Made by a program: the position numbers and the translations under genes
Notes under the pieces: model-generated
The model's database searches: none
Told to the model about the DNA's origin: nothing
Seen by the model: the letters and a program-made list of their open reading frames with translations, nothing else
Origin: a virus
DNA: 64,000 bases
Reading direction: 5' to 3' (one strand)
Virus record (IMG/VR): IMGVR_UViG_3300001530_000094
Part shown: piece by piece, positions 28,787-38,722 of the stretch
Layout: each line of letters starts with the position of its first letter
How positions within the stretch are numbered: the stretch's first letter is position 1

Positions 28787-30156
28787 AGATTTTATCAGAA
28801 AGAGACCCTTTAGAAGTATTTTCAGAAGCTTCTAAAATATTAAACAATGCAGTAGAGCATACTTTAGGTCCGGATGGAACTAATACTGCAGTTCACTTTC
28901 AAAATTTTTACAACATAATAAACGATGGAAAATCTATAGTAGAGCAATTAACATCTTTAGACCCAGAAATAGCTCCTGCTATGGAAACTTTAAAGCAATC
29001 AGCTTTTGAAACTAATAGAAAAGCAGGAGATGGAACTACAAGTACTATAATTATAATGAACCAACTAATACAAGGAGCTAAAAAATACTTAGAAGAAAAT
29101 CCTAAGAAAAGTCAAGTACAAGTAGCTAAAAGAATTTTAGATGTAGAAAAAAGATTACAAGATTTAATTCTAAAGCAAAAAATAGAGATAGATAATAAAT
29201 TATATGAGAAAGTCGCTAAAGTGTCTCTAGGGTCATCCTCATATTCACAGATGCTATCAGAAGCTTTTACTTTTTTGAATGGAGAAGGAGTTCCAGCTTT
29301 AGTTAAATCAGACATACCCGGAGTAGAATTAGAAAAGATAGATGGAGTAAATCTAACTAAAACTAGTGTGGTAAGCTCAATGTTTATAGATTTATTACCT
29401 AGTAAAGAACTTAAAGATGTTCAAGTTATTACTTTATTTCAAGTAATAGATAGATTTGAAGAAATGTTTCAACTAGTAAAATTGTTAAATCAAAATAAAG
29501 AAAAATATACAGTCTTATTATATAATGAAATAAGTTCTTCAGCTTTAGAAAATTTATTGTTTAATCTTTCACAAGATAAAAGTAAGATAGTTCCTATATG
29601 TATGAAAGACTATGGAAAAGACATGAATAATATGTTAGATGAAATAGCTAAATATACTGAAACAGAGATTATAGATGGAGGAAGCTTAAAAACTACAGAT
29701 ATTTCTAAGATAAAAATAGGAAAAGTAGATAAGGCTATACTTTCTCAAAATTCTTTAGTTTTAATCAAAGATGAAGTTCCAGAGTTTGAGTATAAACTTA
29801 TTTCTAGAAAAGCTTGTTTGATTAGAGCAGGAGGAGCTACTAAAATAGACATGGAAGACACTTATAGAAGACTAGAAGATGCTATTTATTCTCTTGCAGG
29901 AGCTATTAAAAACGGAGCATTTTTTGGTGGCTATGGTGTACCTTATAGAAGCTTAGCAGATGATGTAGATGATGTAGATGTTCCTAAGTTTATAGTAGAC
30001 TCTCTAAAGTACATAAATCTTAGTATTTTTGATGAAAATGCAGACTCAGATGCAGTAGACTCTGCTTTAGTAATTTCAGAGGTAATTCGTAATTCTTTCT
30101 TTACTGCAGCACAAGTAATTACTACAAATGCACTAATCTATGACAATATAAGATAA
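28783..30156 (+). CDS. divergent GroEL/Hsp60-like chaperonin
   Basis: NAVEHTLGPDGTNTAV, INDGKSIVEQL, ETNRKAGDGTTSTIIIMNQLI, IRAGGATKIDMEDTYRRLEDAIYSLAGAIKNG. Confidence 0.85.
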   Translation: MKILSERDPLEVFSEASKILNNAVEHTLGPDGTNTAVHFQNFYNIINDGKSIVEQLTSLDPEIAPAMETLKQSAFETNRKAGDGTTSTIIIMNQLIQGAKKYLEENPKKSQVQVAKRILDVEKRLQDLILKQKIEIDNKLYEKVAKVSLGSSSYSQMLSEAFTFLNGEGVPALVKSDIPGVELEKIDGVNLTKTSVVSSMFIDLLPSKELKDVQVITLFQVIDRFEEMFQLVKLLNQNKEKYTVLLYNEISSSALENLLFNLSQDKSKIVPICMKDYGKDMNNMLDEIAKYTETEIIDGGSLKTTDISKIKIGKVDKAILSQNSLVLIKDEVPEFEYKLISRKACLIRAGGATKIDMEDTYRRLEDAIYSLAGAIKNGAFFGGYGVPYRSLADDVDDVDVPKFIVDSLKYINLSIFDENADSDAVDSALVISEVIRNSFFTAAQVITTNALIYDNIR

Positions 30157-30173
30157 AAATATAAAAGTTAACT

Positions 30174-30203
30174 GAGACTAACCTTAAAAGGTTAGTCTTT
30201 TTT
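30174..30203 (+). terminator. intrinsic terminator
   Basis: GACTAACC-TTAAAA-GGTTAGTCTTTTTT. Confidence 0.9.
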
Positions 30204-30318
30204 CATGTCTCTAATCCTAGTTTAAATAATTAGTTTACACTTTTATCTCAAAAAAATTTTTCATTTAGAGTCTTTTAACTTTGAATTAGTTTTTGAAAAG
30301 ATTATGGAAAATTGACTA

Positions 30319-30347
30319 TTTACAAATTCAAAATTTTGTGATATTAA
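30319..30347 (+). promoter_or_regulatory. sigma70-like promoter TTTACA-N17-TATTAA
   Basis: tttacaAATTCAAAATTTTGTGAtattaa. Confidence 0.65.
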
Positions 30348-30472
30348 TAGGTTAGAAAGGAGGAAAGAGAGTATAAAATCTATATGAAACGGACTGGAGA
30401 GAAAGCTAACTTAAAGTAAATTTAACTCTCATACTTGAAGCAGCTTTAAAGAGAAATTTTGGAGGGATTATT

Positions 30473-31360
30473 ATGAAAAAGAAGGTTATTAATACCGCTT
30501 ATGACAAGTGGTTAAAAAATTTAGTTGGAGAAAGAGAGTTATTTGAAGAACTAACAGATGAAGAAGTTTATAAGATAATTTTAAAAGTATCAGAAATTAG
30601 TTTTATTCGTAATTCAGTTATAGATAATTTTTATACCTATGAAGATATAGCTAATGAAATTTTTAAAAGCTATTTAATCAGAGATTGGGAGAAAGATTTG
30701 AAAAACTTCTCTGATGTTAAAACTGAAGAATTTCCATTTTATGATGAAAAAACAGGTAAATATTTTAGTTCTTGGAGACCTAGAACAGAGAAAAAAGGTT
30801 TTGAAAGAATGAAAGCTAGAAAGATGACTATAGAGCACTTTAGTAATCTTATCTACAATGAAGTAAAGAATTATGTTGCTGGTTATATGAGAAATAAGAA
30901 GTTTAAAGAGATGGTGAGAGAAGCAATTTCTTTAGATTTAGACTCAGGGAGTGTTGATGAAGGTATTGCATTCATAGAAACAGTAGAAGATTCAAGACAA
31001 ACTTTTAATAGCAATAATGTTATAAGTGAAAATACTTTAGAGAATACTTCTAAAAACTTAGAAGATATAAACTTAGAGTATAATTATAGTATAGAAATAG
31101 ATAGAGAAGTTAAAGTACTATCTTATGGAAATTTGTTAGAGTTGTATAAATATTTAGACTCTGGAAAAAGAGTAACATCAAAAGAAGTTTTAGAACATAT
31201 TATATATAAAGGAAGCAAAGTTATTTCTGCAGAAAATAAAAGATTTGTAGAAGAATTTATTGCTAACTTTAGAAAATATCTATTAGAAAACAAGATAGTT
31301 TCAGTTACAAAATACATAAATAATAGAGGAAAGGAGAAAAATAGTTATGCTTTTGAATAA
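30473..31360 (+). CDS. putative second sigma-like transcription factor
   Basis: YTYEDIANEIFKSYLIRDW...HFSNLIYNEVKNYVAGYMRNKKF, sigma-2-like; weak. Confidence 0.35.
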   Translation: MKKKVINTAYDKWLKNLVGERELFEELTDEEVYKIILKVSEISFIRNSVIDNFYTYEDIANEIFKSYLIRDWEKDLKNFSDVKTEEFPFYDEKTGKYFSSWRPRTEKKGFERMKARKMTIEHFSNLIYNEVKNYVAGYMRNKKFKEMVREAISLDLDSGSVDEGIAFIETVEDSRQTFNSNNVISENTLENTSKNLEDINLEYNYSIEIDREVKVLSYGNLLELYKYLDSGKRVTSKEVLEHIIYKGSKVISAENKRFVEEFIANFRKYLLENKIVSVTKYINNRGKEKNSYAFE

Positions 31361-31664
31361 TTATATTAAGGTAAAAGAATTAACAGATAATATGATGGTT
31401 GATGATATGTTAGAGAAGTATGATGATACTTCTCCATACATGTTTTGTAGAATTTTAGACATAGATGCTAAAGCTTTAGAAAAATTGTCTAATGAAACAG
31501 ATATACATGGTAACAAACTTGAAATTCATAAACTTTTCAATGAATCTGTCTTAGTAGTTAAAAGAGTTACTAAGATTAGAGGATTTAAGGGATTATACAT
31601 TCAAGTGTCAGACATTATAGAAATAATTCCTAAAGATGAATATCAAAAATATGTTTACAAATAA
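31347..31664 (+). CDS. hypothetical protein
   Basis: ORF with RBS. Confidence 0.6.
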   Translation: MLLNNYIKVKELTDNMMVDDMLEKYDDTSPYMFCRILDIDAKALEKLSNETDIHGNKLEIHKLFNESVLVVKRVTKIRGFKGLYIQVSDIIEIIPKDEYQKYVYK

Positions 31665-31697
31665 AGCATAATATATTATATAAGGAGGTGAGAAGAG

Positions 31698-32315
31698 ATG
31701 GGAGAAGTTGTAGATTTTCAAAAGGCTAAAGAAGAAATAACAGAAAATAAAACTAATGAGAATGTAAATACTCTAAAACAACAAATAGCAGATAACATGA
31801 TGCTTCAAAAGTGTATAAAAGTAATTTCTAATATTCCACTTTATGATGTAGACCCTGAAACTAATGAAGTAGTAGATAAAGATTATGATTATCCTGCATT
31901 GTTAGAAGAGTATAAGGCAAATGTTTTAGCTAATAAAGAAAAGTTTGAATCTTTGGGTAAACCGTCAGAAGCACAGACTAGTTTTTATTATCAACTATTT
32001 CAGATGGGATATAGAACTTTTGGAGCTAAATTCTTTAAACAGATGTGTATGAATGAAGTAAACTGTGTTCAAATGTTTATTGGTATATGGAGTATTATAG
32101 CTGGATTAGAGGAGATGTCTAACGCAACTGTAGATATGGATAATGAGCTTAGAGCTTATAAATCTATTAAATTGACTGATGAGCAAAAAGAAAAATTAGC
32201 TGAAGAATTAAAGAAAACACCTGAAGAATATATGCAAGAAATGATGCAAACTGTAGAAGAACTAGAAAAAAGTCCAGAAGCAGAACAAGCTTCTGAAGAT
32301 AAAGTAGAAGAATAA
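31698..32315 (+). CDS. hypothetical protein
   Basis: ORF with RBS aaggaggtgag. Confidence 0.65.
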   Translation: MGEVVDFQKAKEEITENKTNENVNTLKQQIADNMMLQKCIKVISNIPLYDVDPETNEVVDKDYDYPALLEEYKANVLANKEKFESLGKPSEAQTSFYYQLFQMGYRTFGAKFFKQMCMNEVNCVQMFIGIWSIIAGLEEMSNATVDMDNELRAYKSIKLTDEQKEKLAEELKKTPEEYMQEMMQTVEELEKSPEAEQASEDKVEE

Positions 32316-32384
32316 ACATATTATTTATTAAGAAAGCCGATAGCATAGCGATAGGCAAATTTAAAATTTTAGGAGGAATTTAAA

Positions 32385-33488
32385 ATGGGAGAAAATGATT
32401 TAGATTTAGAACAACAATTAGCAACATTAGGAGTAAGCTTAGGAGGAATTACTTCATCTAAAGATGAAATACCTGTACCTAAAACTACAGTAGCTACTCC
32501 ATACACACCAGAAAATCCAACAAATGCAGGAGTAGTAACTAATAGTATAGTACAACCTGCACAAACAGTGCAACAAACAGTTCAACAACAAGTAAATGAA
32601 CAAGCACAGGCTCAAGTAGTTCAACAAACTACGACAAATCCTCAAGCAGGAGTATCATATACTACAGTTCAACAAACAGTTAGTAAGCCAGTAGCAAAGC
32701 CTCAACTTCAGCCTCAACAAGATGAAGAATTAGTATTTATAGATTTAGCTCATGCAGTAAATACTCAAAAAACACCTTGGCTAAGATTAAAAGATAATGA
32801 ATACTCAAGAGTTTTATTTTTAGGACTAGATAAAATACTACCTCAAAAAATGCACTATATTAAAGGTCTAGGCTGGTGTAAATGTCTTTCTACTTATAAT
32901 GAAGATGGTTGGTTAGAAACACCTGCTCAATGTTGTAAGAAACTAGTAAATACACCTACTGGTCCAATGTTGTTCCCTAGATTAGATGAAGAAGGAAACG
33001 AATTAAAGGCTAAAAGTAGATTTTTAATACCAGTTATAGAATACCCAGTAGATAAATCTAATGCTAATAAAATAGTTCCCGGACAATTACCTAAGTTGAA
33101 AATGTGGAATATGAATGCTGTAGAATGGGGAGAATTAAGAGAAGGTGTTCAAGCAATTTCTGAAAATCCTGATGATTTATCTACTGCAGATTTATCAAAT
33201 GTAGATTTTATATTACATAAAGATACTACAGGTAGATTTAAAACTATTAGTGTAAAAGTAACACCTAAGTGTTTAAGAGAAAATTATAAAGATGCTATAA
33301 ATGCAGAAATAGCAAAAGCTGATAGAGATTTTTATATAACAGCTGTAAAGGAAGCAAGAAAAGTAGTTTCAGAGGAAACTATGGCTCAAACTTTAGATTC
33401 TTTAGAGGCTGCTACAGAAGCAGTGAATAATGCAGTAAATCAAGTTATAGAGAATAACACAATGGGAAATCAAATGTTAGATATTTAA
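32385..33488 (+). CDS. putative ssDNA-binding protein (gp32-like), Gln-rich N-terminal linker
   Basis: WLRLKDNEYSRVLFLG...HYIKGLGWCKC...CCKKL; weak family resemblance. Confidence 0.35.
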   Translation: MGENDLDLEQQLATLGVSLGGITSSKDEIPVPKTTVATPYTPENPTNAGVVTNSIVQPAQTVQQTVQQQVNEQAQAQVVQQTTTNPQAGVSYTTVQQTVSKPVAKPQLQPQQDEELVFIDLAHAVNTQKTPWLRLKDNEYSRVLFLGLDKILPQKMHYIKGLGWCKCLSTYNEDGWLETPAQCCKKLVNTPTGPMLFPRLDEEGNELKAKSRFLIPVIEYPVDKSNANKIVPGQLPKLKMWNMNAVEWGELREGVQAISENPDDLSTADLSNVDFILHKDTTGRFKTISVKVTPKCLRENYKDAINAEIAKADRDFYITAVKEARKVVSEETMAQTLDSLEAATEAVNNAVNQVIENNTMGNQMLDI

Positions 33489-33514
33489 GAGAGGAACTTC
33501 TTCCTCTCTAATTT
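33489..33514 (+). terminator. hairpin GAGAGGAA/TTCCTCTC
   Basis: perfect inverted repeat after stop codon. Confidence 0.6.
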
Positions 33515-33541
33515 TATAAAAAGGGGAGGTAAATAAAATAG

Positions 33542-34081
33542 ATGGATGTAAAAGTACTTTTATGGATAACAGTTGTAATATTATTAATTGCAATTTTTAT
33601 TTCAGAGAAATTACAGAGAGCTCAAAAGAAGAGACTTGATGCACTTAATAAATTAGTAAGAGATAAAGAGCTAGAAATAGAAAGAAATAAAGCTGATATC
33701 TGGAAAAGAAATCAAGAGATACAAAGTTTGAAGAATAAAGTTGCAGATATTAAGAAAAATGAGAATTTTGCACTTGATATGTTTTCTTCAGATAAAGAAG
33801 ACTTAGAAAAAATTCTAAGAACAATAGAAAGAGATTATTCTATAACTATAGCTTCTAAAAAGTACTTAATAAAATTACTAGCATTCTTTCTAATAACTAA
33901 TCATTCTATGTTATCTATTGAAGATTTAAAAACTAATAAAAAGACTTTAATAGATAATACTAAAACTCTTAGAAAATATATAATATATGGAAATACAGCC
34001 AGCAGTAATAAAGAAAGATTAGAAATAGGTAATGCACTTCTATCTCTAATACTTTATAATAAGAGGAGTAAGACTAAATGA
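33542..34081 (+). CDS. membrane-anchored coiled-coil protein
   Basis: N-terminal TM then coiled coil. Confidence 0.6.
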   Translation: MDVKVLLWITVVILLIAIFISEKLQRAQKKRLDALNKLVRDKELEIERNKADIWKRNQEIQSLKNKVADIKKNENFALDMFSSDKEDLEKILRTIERDYSITIASKKYLIKLLAFFLITNHSMLSIEDLKTNKKTLIDNTKTLRKYIIYGNTASSNKERLEIGNALLSLILYNKRSKTK

Positions 34082-34435
34082 CAAATCAAGACATAGTAGA
34101 AATGTATTACTTAGCTTTATCTAGTAGGCAATGCTTAGATAAAAGATATAATCATAGCTTAGATAATTATGTAAATGATAGATGTATGAAATTTTGTAAA
34201 AAGCATAAAATAAACATTACTCATCGGAAGTGCATATAGAGAGCTTTGGCATAAATTCAATTATTATAAGATTAAAAATATAAGAGCTATAATAGAAAAT
34301 GGTGTAGATTTATATGGGCTAAGAGCAAATAAATGCATATCAGATAAAGAAATAGTAGATAGACTTATAAAAATTAAATCTCAAGAAAAATTATACATAA
34401 TGAATGGAAAGATAGGTAATTTTAATAAAAAGTAA
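34078..34435 (+). CDS. hypothetical protein; requires +1 shift at CGG 34225-34227
   Basis: RBS aagaggag; KHKINITH[G]SAYRELWHKFNYYKIKNIRAIIENGVDLYGLRANKC... after skipping C 34225; (358-1)/3 is an integer. Confidence 0.75.
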
Positions 34436-34500
34436 ACATCAGAATTAATTCTAAGACATTTTTATAATTAACCAATATAATTTAATATACTAGCGCTAGT
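34434..34500 (+). repeat. operon-end conserved element, copy 2
   Basis: aaacatcagaattaattctaagacatttttata ... tagcgcta. Confidence 0.7.
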
Positions 34501-34528
34501 GTAGGTTCTAATTTTACCTACACTTTTT
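34499..34528 (+). terminator. intrinsic terminator
   Basis: GTGTAGGT-tctaatttt-ACCTACACTTTTT. Confidence 0.8.
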
Positions 34529-34582
34529 AAATGATTATAATATATTATATTAAGAGAACTAAAAGAAAGGAGATACAGAGAT

Positions 34583-35644
34583 ATGTCATTACCTACAATT
34601 ACTTTTATGTATATAACAGCTGGGCAAGGGAACACTGGTACTTCTGGACAACAATTAGCAGATTATTGGACAGCTAACTTTGATTTAATAAAGAGGCTGT
34701 TAGTTTCTTTAGATGAAGATTTACAACATAAAGTATCTTCAGATGATATTATTTCATTGAAAGTAGAAGATAATGTTGCTTACTATACAACTGATGGTAC
34801 TAATTGGATTTCTTTAGGACCTTCTTTTGCTAACTTATCTGGAGCTGTAGAAGATAATGCAGCTTTAAATGAGAAGTTTTCAAAATATGTAACTATTGCA
34901 AATTATAATAATGCAGTTACTAGAATTTCTACTTTAGAGTCAAATGTTTCTATTATTACAACTACTTTAGAAGACTTGGAAGATACTGTAAATACTCTAA
35001 ATACTCAAATGAATGATAGTACTAATGGTGTATTGGTAAGATTAACTAACATGGAAAATAGTTTAGAGCATAAAATTTCTAGTACATCTGTAGCAGAAAT
35101 TAGACAGACCTCAAATACATACATAGTAGATGGACAAGAAGTTACTGAGTATTTCTTACAATATAGATTAAATGGTTCTTCTGAATGGGTAGATATAACT
35201 GGAGCTAATACAATAGAATGGTCTAACATTATCGGAGACATCACAGAAAATGCAGCTTTAATGAATCAATTTGACATGGTTAATGATGCTATAAGTGATA
35301 ACACTGATTCTATAAATGAAGTAAGTGGAAATTTAGCTATAGCTCAAGCAGATATAGAAGCATTACAAGCAGCTCTGAACAATTATGCAACTGTATCAGC
35401 ATTAAATTCTGCTATATCAGCTATACAGAATCAGATAGATGATATTGCTGGAGATGTTACTACTTTACAAACCAGTTTGGGTGAGTTACAAACTACAGTT
35501 TCAAATATGAATACTTCTTTTACTGATAGAATGGATGTAATAGAGAGTGAGATAAATGTAGTTTCTATTGAAGCGCAAGACTATGAAGCTATAACAACAC
35601 CAGAGACCAATACTATTTATATGGTTACTGATGTATATCAATAA
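34583..35644 (+). CDS. tail fibre/trimeric coiled-coil protein
   Basis: repeated heptad-like segments; IEAQDYEAITTPETNTIYMVTD C-terminus typical of fibre proteins. Confidence 0.6.
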   Translation: MSLPTITFMYITAGQGNTGTSGQQLADYWTANFDLIKRLLVSLDEDLQHKVSSDDIISLKVEDNVAYYTTDGTNWISLGPSFANLSGAVEDNAALNEKFSKYVTIANYNNAVTRISTLESNVSIITTTLEDLEDTVNTLNTQMNDSTNGVLVRLTNMENSLEHKISSTSVAEIRQTSNTYIVDGQEVTEYFLQYRLNGSSEWVDITGANTIEWSNIIGDITENAALMNQFDMVNDAISDNTDSINEVSGNLAIAQADIEALQAALNNYATVSALNSAISAIQNQIDDIAGDVTTLQTSLGELQTTVSNMNTSFTDRMDVIESEINVVSIEAQDYEAITTPETNTIYMVTDVYQ

Positions 35645-35672
35645 TTAGAATAAATTTTGGAGGTAAAGTTAA

Positions 35673-35846
35673 ATGATAAATCAAATAGGAAGATTTAAAG
35701 CAGACTCTAGTGGAGTCATTCACATTACTAATAAAGAAGATGAAATAGAAATAATGAGTGAAATAGATAACATGTCTACCAAGATGTGGAAAGACTTACC
35801 TTTAGTAAATTTAGAATATAAAACTGATAAGAAAGGAGATAGATAG
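35673..35846 (+). CDS. small hypothetical protein
   Basis: MINQIGRFKADSSGVIHITNKEDEIEIMSEIDNM...; RBS ggaggtaaag; not in supplied ORF track. Confidence 0.6.
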   Translation: MINQIGRFKADSSGVIHITNKEDEIEIMSEIDNMSTKMWKDLPLVNLEYKTDKKGDR

Positions 35847-35848
35847 AC

Positions 35849-36412
35849 ATGGCTTTAGGAAAAGTTACATTAGCAGCTAGACAAAGACAAATGCTTGAAT
35901 TTATGGATAACTCTAAAAACTATAGGTTTATAGGATTAGGTAAAAGAACACCTTGGCCAGTAGAGGAAGAACCACCAGAGCCAGATGAAACTATGACAGA
36001 CTTAGAAGAAATAATAGGACTTCAAAGAGTAGATTATTATAAATATGCTAAACTGATAAAGAATCCGACTACTTTACAAAAAAGAACTGGTGTTTATTAT
36101 AAAGGTCTTTATTATTCTGTAACTCAAGACTCAGAAGTAGCCATAAATGACGGATATACAGATGTAATAATAGGAATAACATTTGATAGAGATACTATAG
36201 CAGCTATTCCTATAGATGTATCTTTTAGACAAGTAGGTCTTTTTGATACTGTAAATGCTACTTCTAGTGAGATTCAATATGGTATTTCAGCAGATGCTTG
36301 GAACAATAAATCTACGGCAGATAAAGGAATGTTAGTAGCTGTAGAAAATAGAGCTCCAGTTACAAGACAAGATGACCAGACAGAGCAAGTAATAATGCTT
36401 GTATCGTTTTAA
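35849..36412 (+). CDS. putative baseplate wedge/structural protein
   Basis: position in tail module; pattern resembles gp53-type proteins. Confidence 0.4.
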   Translation: MALGKVTLAARQRQMLEFMDNSKNYRFIGLGKRTPWPVEEEPPEPDETMTDLEEIIGLQRVDYYKYAKLIKNPTTLQKRTGVYYKGLYYSVTQDSEVAINDGYTDVIIGITFDRDTIAAIPIDVSFRQVGLFDTVNATSSEIQYGISADAWNNKSTADKGMLVAVENRAPVTRQDDQTEQVIMLVSF

Positions 36413-36439
36413 ATAAAGTAGAAAAGAAAGGAGAAAAAC

Positions 36440-38710
36440 ATGCAAACTTGGGAAAAACTTTTAATTAATACAACTACTCGTGAATTAATAGAGAAGTTTA
36501 ACATTAATGCTACTAGCTCAGAGTTTATAGATAAAACTCTAGGTAGTGTAATGAGTAACGGTTTATTATTCACAGGAACAGAAACTATTGATGAAGAAAT
36601 CATCAATCCATTTACACCAGTTCCTATCAGTGGAGTAGTTAATTCAAATACTATTTTCGATAATTTTAGAATGTATTTTAGAGAGACAAATAATGTAGTA
36701 GAAACTAATCAACTTCCAGTTGATTTAACTAATTTTAATGATGCTAAGCCTCACTTTTTATATTTTAAAGAAGATTTTACATACAGAGTTTCTGATTATA
36801 TGTTTGGTCAATCTGATGAAGTTCTAATTTGTAGATTTGTAATAAATGAAGATAGTACTTGGAATCAAATTTATATTATGGCTCAAAGAGCAGGAACTCC
36901 AGCTTATGATGCAGGAGATGAATTTTATTCTATAGATGGAATAAATGTAAAGAGTCCTGGAGGATTGAAGTTATCTCACTTAGATGGAATAGTAAGACGT
37001 TCTGGAATAGAATTTACAGATAGATTTTCACCAGATTTATATAGATGCTTTGCAAATTCTAACACAGCTGTTCCTATAAGATATACTAATTTACAGAATG
37101 AAGTAGACTATACAGCAGACCCAGTACAGAATGTTGACCCTAATCACTATATGACTTATGATTCTAATTCTAAGCTTAAAAATAATGCTTCAGAAAGAAT
37201 TAGAAATTTATACAATTTAATTTATGGAGTAGATGAGTATGCAGAAGTACTAGCTAAAGCTTTATCAGATGATATTACATCTGCAGCTGGACAGTCCGAG
37301 TATAGAAAAATAGTAGATATATTTGTTGCTCACATGAATAGTATCTATGTAATGGTTGGAGAATTAGCAGATTATTTATCAGACTCATATTTTAGTACTA
37401 TAGATTTAACAAACCTAAATAATAACATAACAGCATACATGACATTTTCTAATGATAATTTCGGAGATACAGTTCCTATAACATTTGATACTGTAGACGC
37501 TATTAGAAATGCAGTTTATTATTTATTACCTGGAAAGAGTGAAATCTGTGATATTCCTATGGAAGATGTTTTAGGAGTCTTATATACAGCAATAAATGAA
37601 CTATCTATAACTTCTGGGACTTTGAAAAACGTAACTACAGATTACTATACTCTTCAAAGAGTTTTATGGGATATATATGAAGATAAATTAATAGTACAAT
37701 ATGGAGATAGAGAATTTGAAGACTTAGAAAGTGCTTCAGATGCAATCTCTTCTATGACTTATCCAGTTCCTTTTGGAAGATTGATGTATATTCCTTTAGC
37801 AGTAATAGTGTTAAAACAGGGAGAAACAGACTTAGCTACTAGTACAGAGTCTATTATAATAACTAAACAATACATATATGCAGATTCTGAACAAGAAGGT
37901 TTTGCAGATTATGTTGCAAGAGCTTTAGCCAATAAAGGACTTGCATATATACAACAGATTTTAGATGGTTCTTTACCAGTAGGAAAAGCTAAAACATTAG
38001 CCTATAATAACAATGGTGTAGACACTTATGTAAGTGGTGATTTTTATCTAAATTATGATAATTTAAGAAATGCAGTAAAAGTAATAAACAATCTAACTTC
38101 TAGTACTTATAATAGTAAAGAAGCTTTATCTGCATATCAAGGATATTTATTAAATCAAAATAAGTTAAATAGAGACGGAAGTAACAGTATAACTGGAAAT
38201 TTATTACCAGATACTACTAATACTAAGGACTTAGGAAGTACAGATAAAAGATTTAGAAATATCTATACTAACCAACTTAATACTTCTGGAAATATAACTT
38301 CTGGAGGAAATATTTTACCTAGTGCAAATGAGTCTAAAGATTTAGGAAGTAGTTCAGCTAAGTGGAATAATTTATATGTTAAAGCTATTTCTGGAGTAAC
38401 TTCTATTTCTACAGCTTCTATTACTACTTCTGGTAATGCTTCTATAGGTGGAAATTTAGGTGTTACTGGTTCAACTACTTTGAAAGGTACTACAGTTCAA
38501 GGAAATTTAAGAGTTGCTGGAACCGCAACTATAAATGGACTTACTCTTGCTCTTAAGCCTACTTTCGATAGTGCAGATAAAGGTGGATTTGTATTATCTA
38601 GAGGTGAAAGTGGTGGAGGAATAACTGTAGAGTTTTTAGAAGCTGCTTCTGGCAAAAACTCTGGTAATTTAGGATATTTTGCTAACAAATCTGTAGTAGT
38701 AAGTTGGTAG
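36440..38710 (+). CDS. large tail fibre/structural protein
   Basis: C-terminal NLLPDTTNTKDLGSTDKRFRNIYTNQLN repeats typical of fibres. Confidence 0.65.
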   Translation: MQTWEKLLINTTTRELIEKFNINATSSEFIDKTLGSVMSNGLLFTGTETIDEEIINPFTPVPISGVVNSNTIFDNFRMYFRETNNVVETNQLPVDLTNFNDAKPHFLYFKEDFTYRVSDYMFGQSDEVLICRFVINEDSTWNQIYIMAQRAGTPAYDAGDEFYSIDGINVKSPGGLKLSHLDGIVRRSGIEFTDRFSPDLYRCFANSNTAVPIRYTNLQNEVDYTADPVQNVDPNHYMTYDSNSKLKNNASERIRNLYNLIYGVDEYAEVLAKALSDDITSAAGQSEYRKIVDIFVAHMNSIYVMVGELADYLSDSYFSTIDLTNLNNNITAYMTFSNDNFGDTVPITFDTVDAIRNAVYYLLPGKSEICDIPMEDVLGVLYTAINELSITSGTLKNVTTDYYTLQRVLWDIYEDKLIVQYGDREFEDLESASDAISSMTYPVPFGRLMYIPLAVIVLKQGETDLATSTESIIITKQYIYADSEQEGFADYVARALANKGLAYIQQILDGSLPVGKAKTLAYNNNGVDTYVSGDFYLNYDNLRNAVKVINNLTSSTYNSKEALSAYQGYLLNQNKLNRDGSNSITGNLLPDTTNTKDLGSTDKRFRNIYTNQLNTSGNITSGGNILPSANESKDLGSSSAKWNNLYVKAISGVTSISTASITTSGNASIGGNLGVTGSTTLKGTTVQGNLRVAGTATINGLTLALKPTFDSADKGGFVLSRGESGGGITVEFLEAASGKNSGNLGYFANKSVVVSW

Positions 38711-38722
38711 GAGGTGTAGAGT

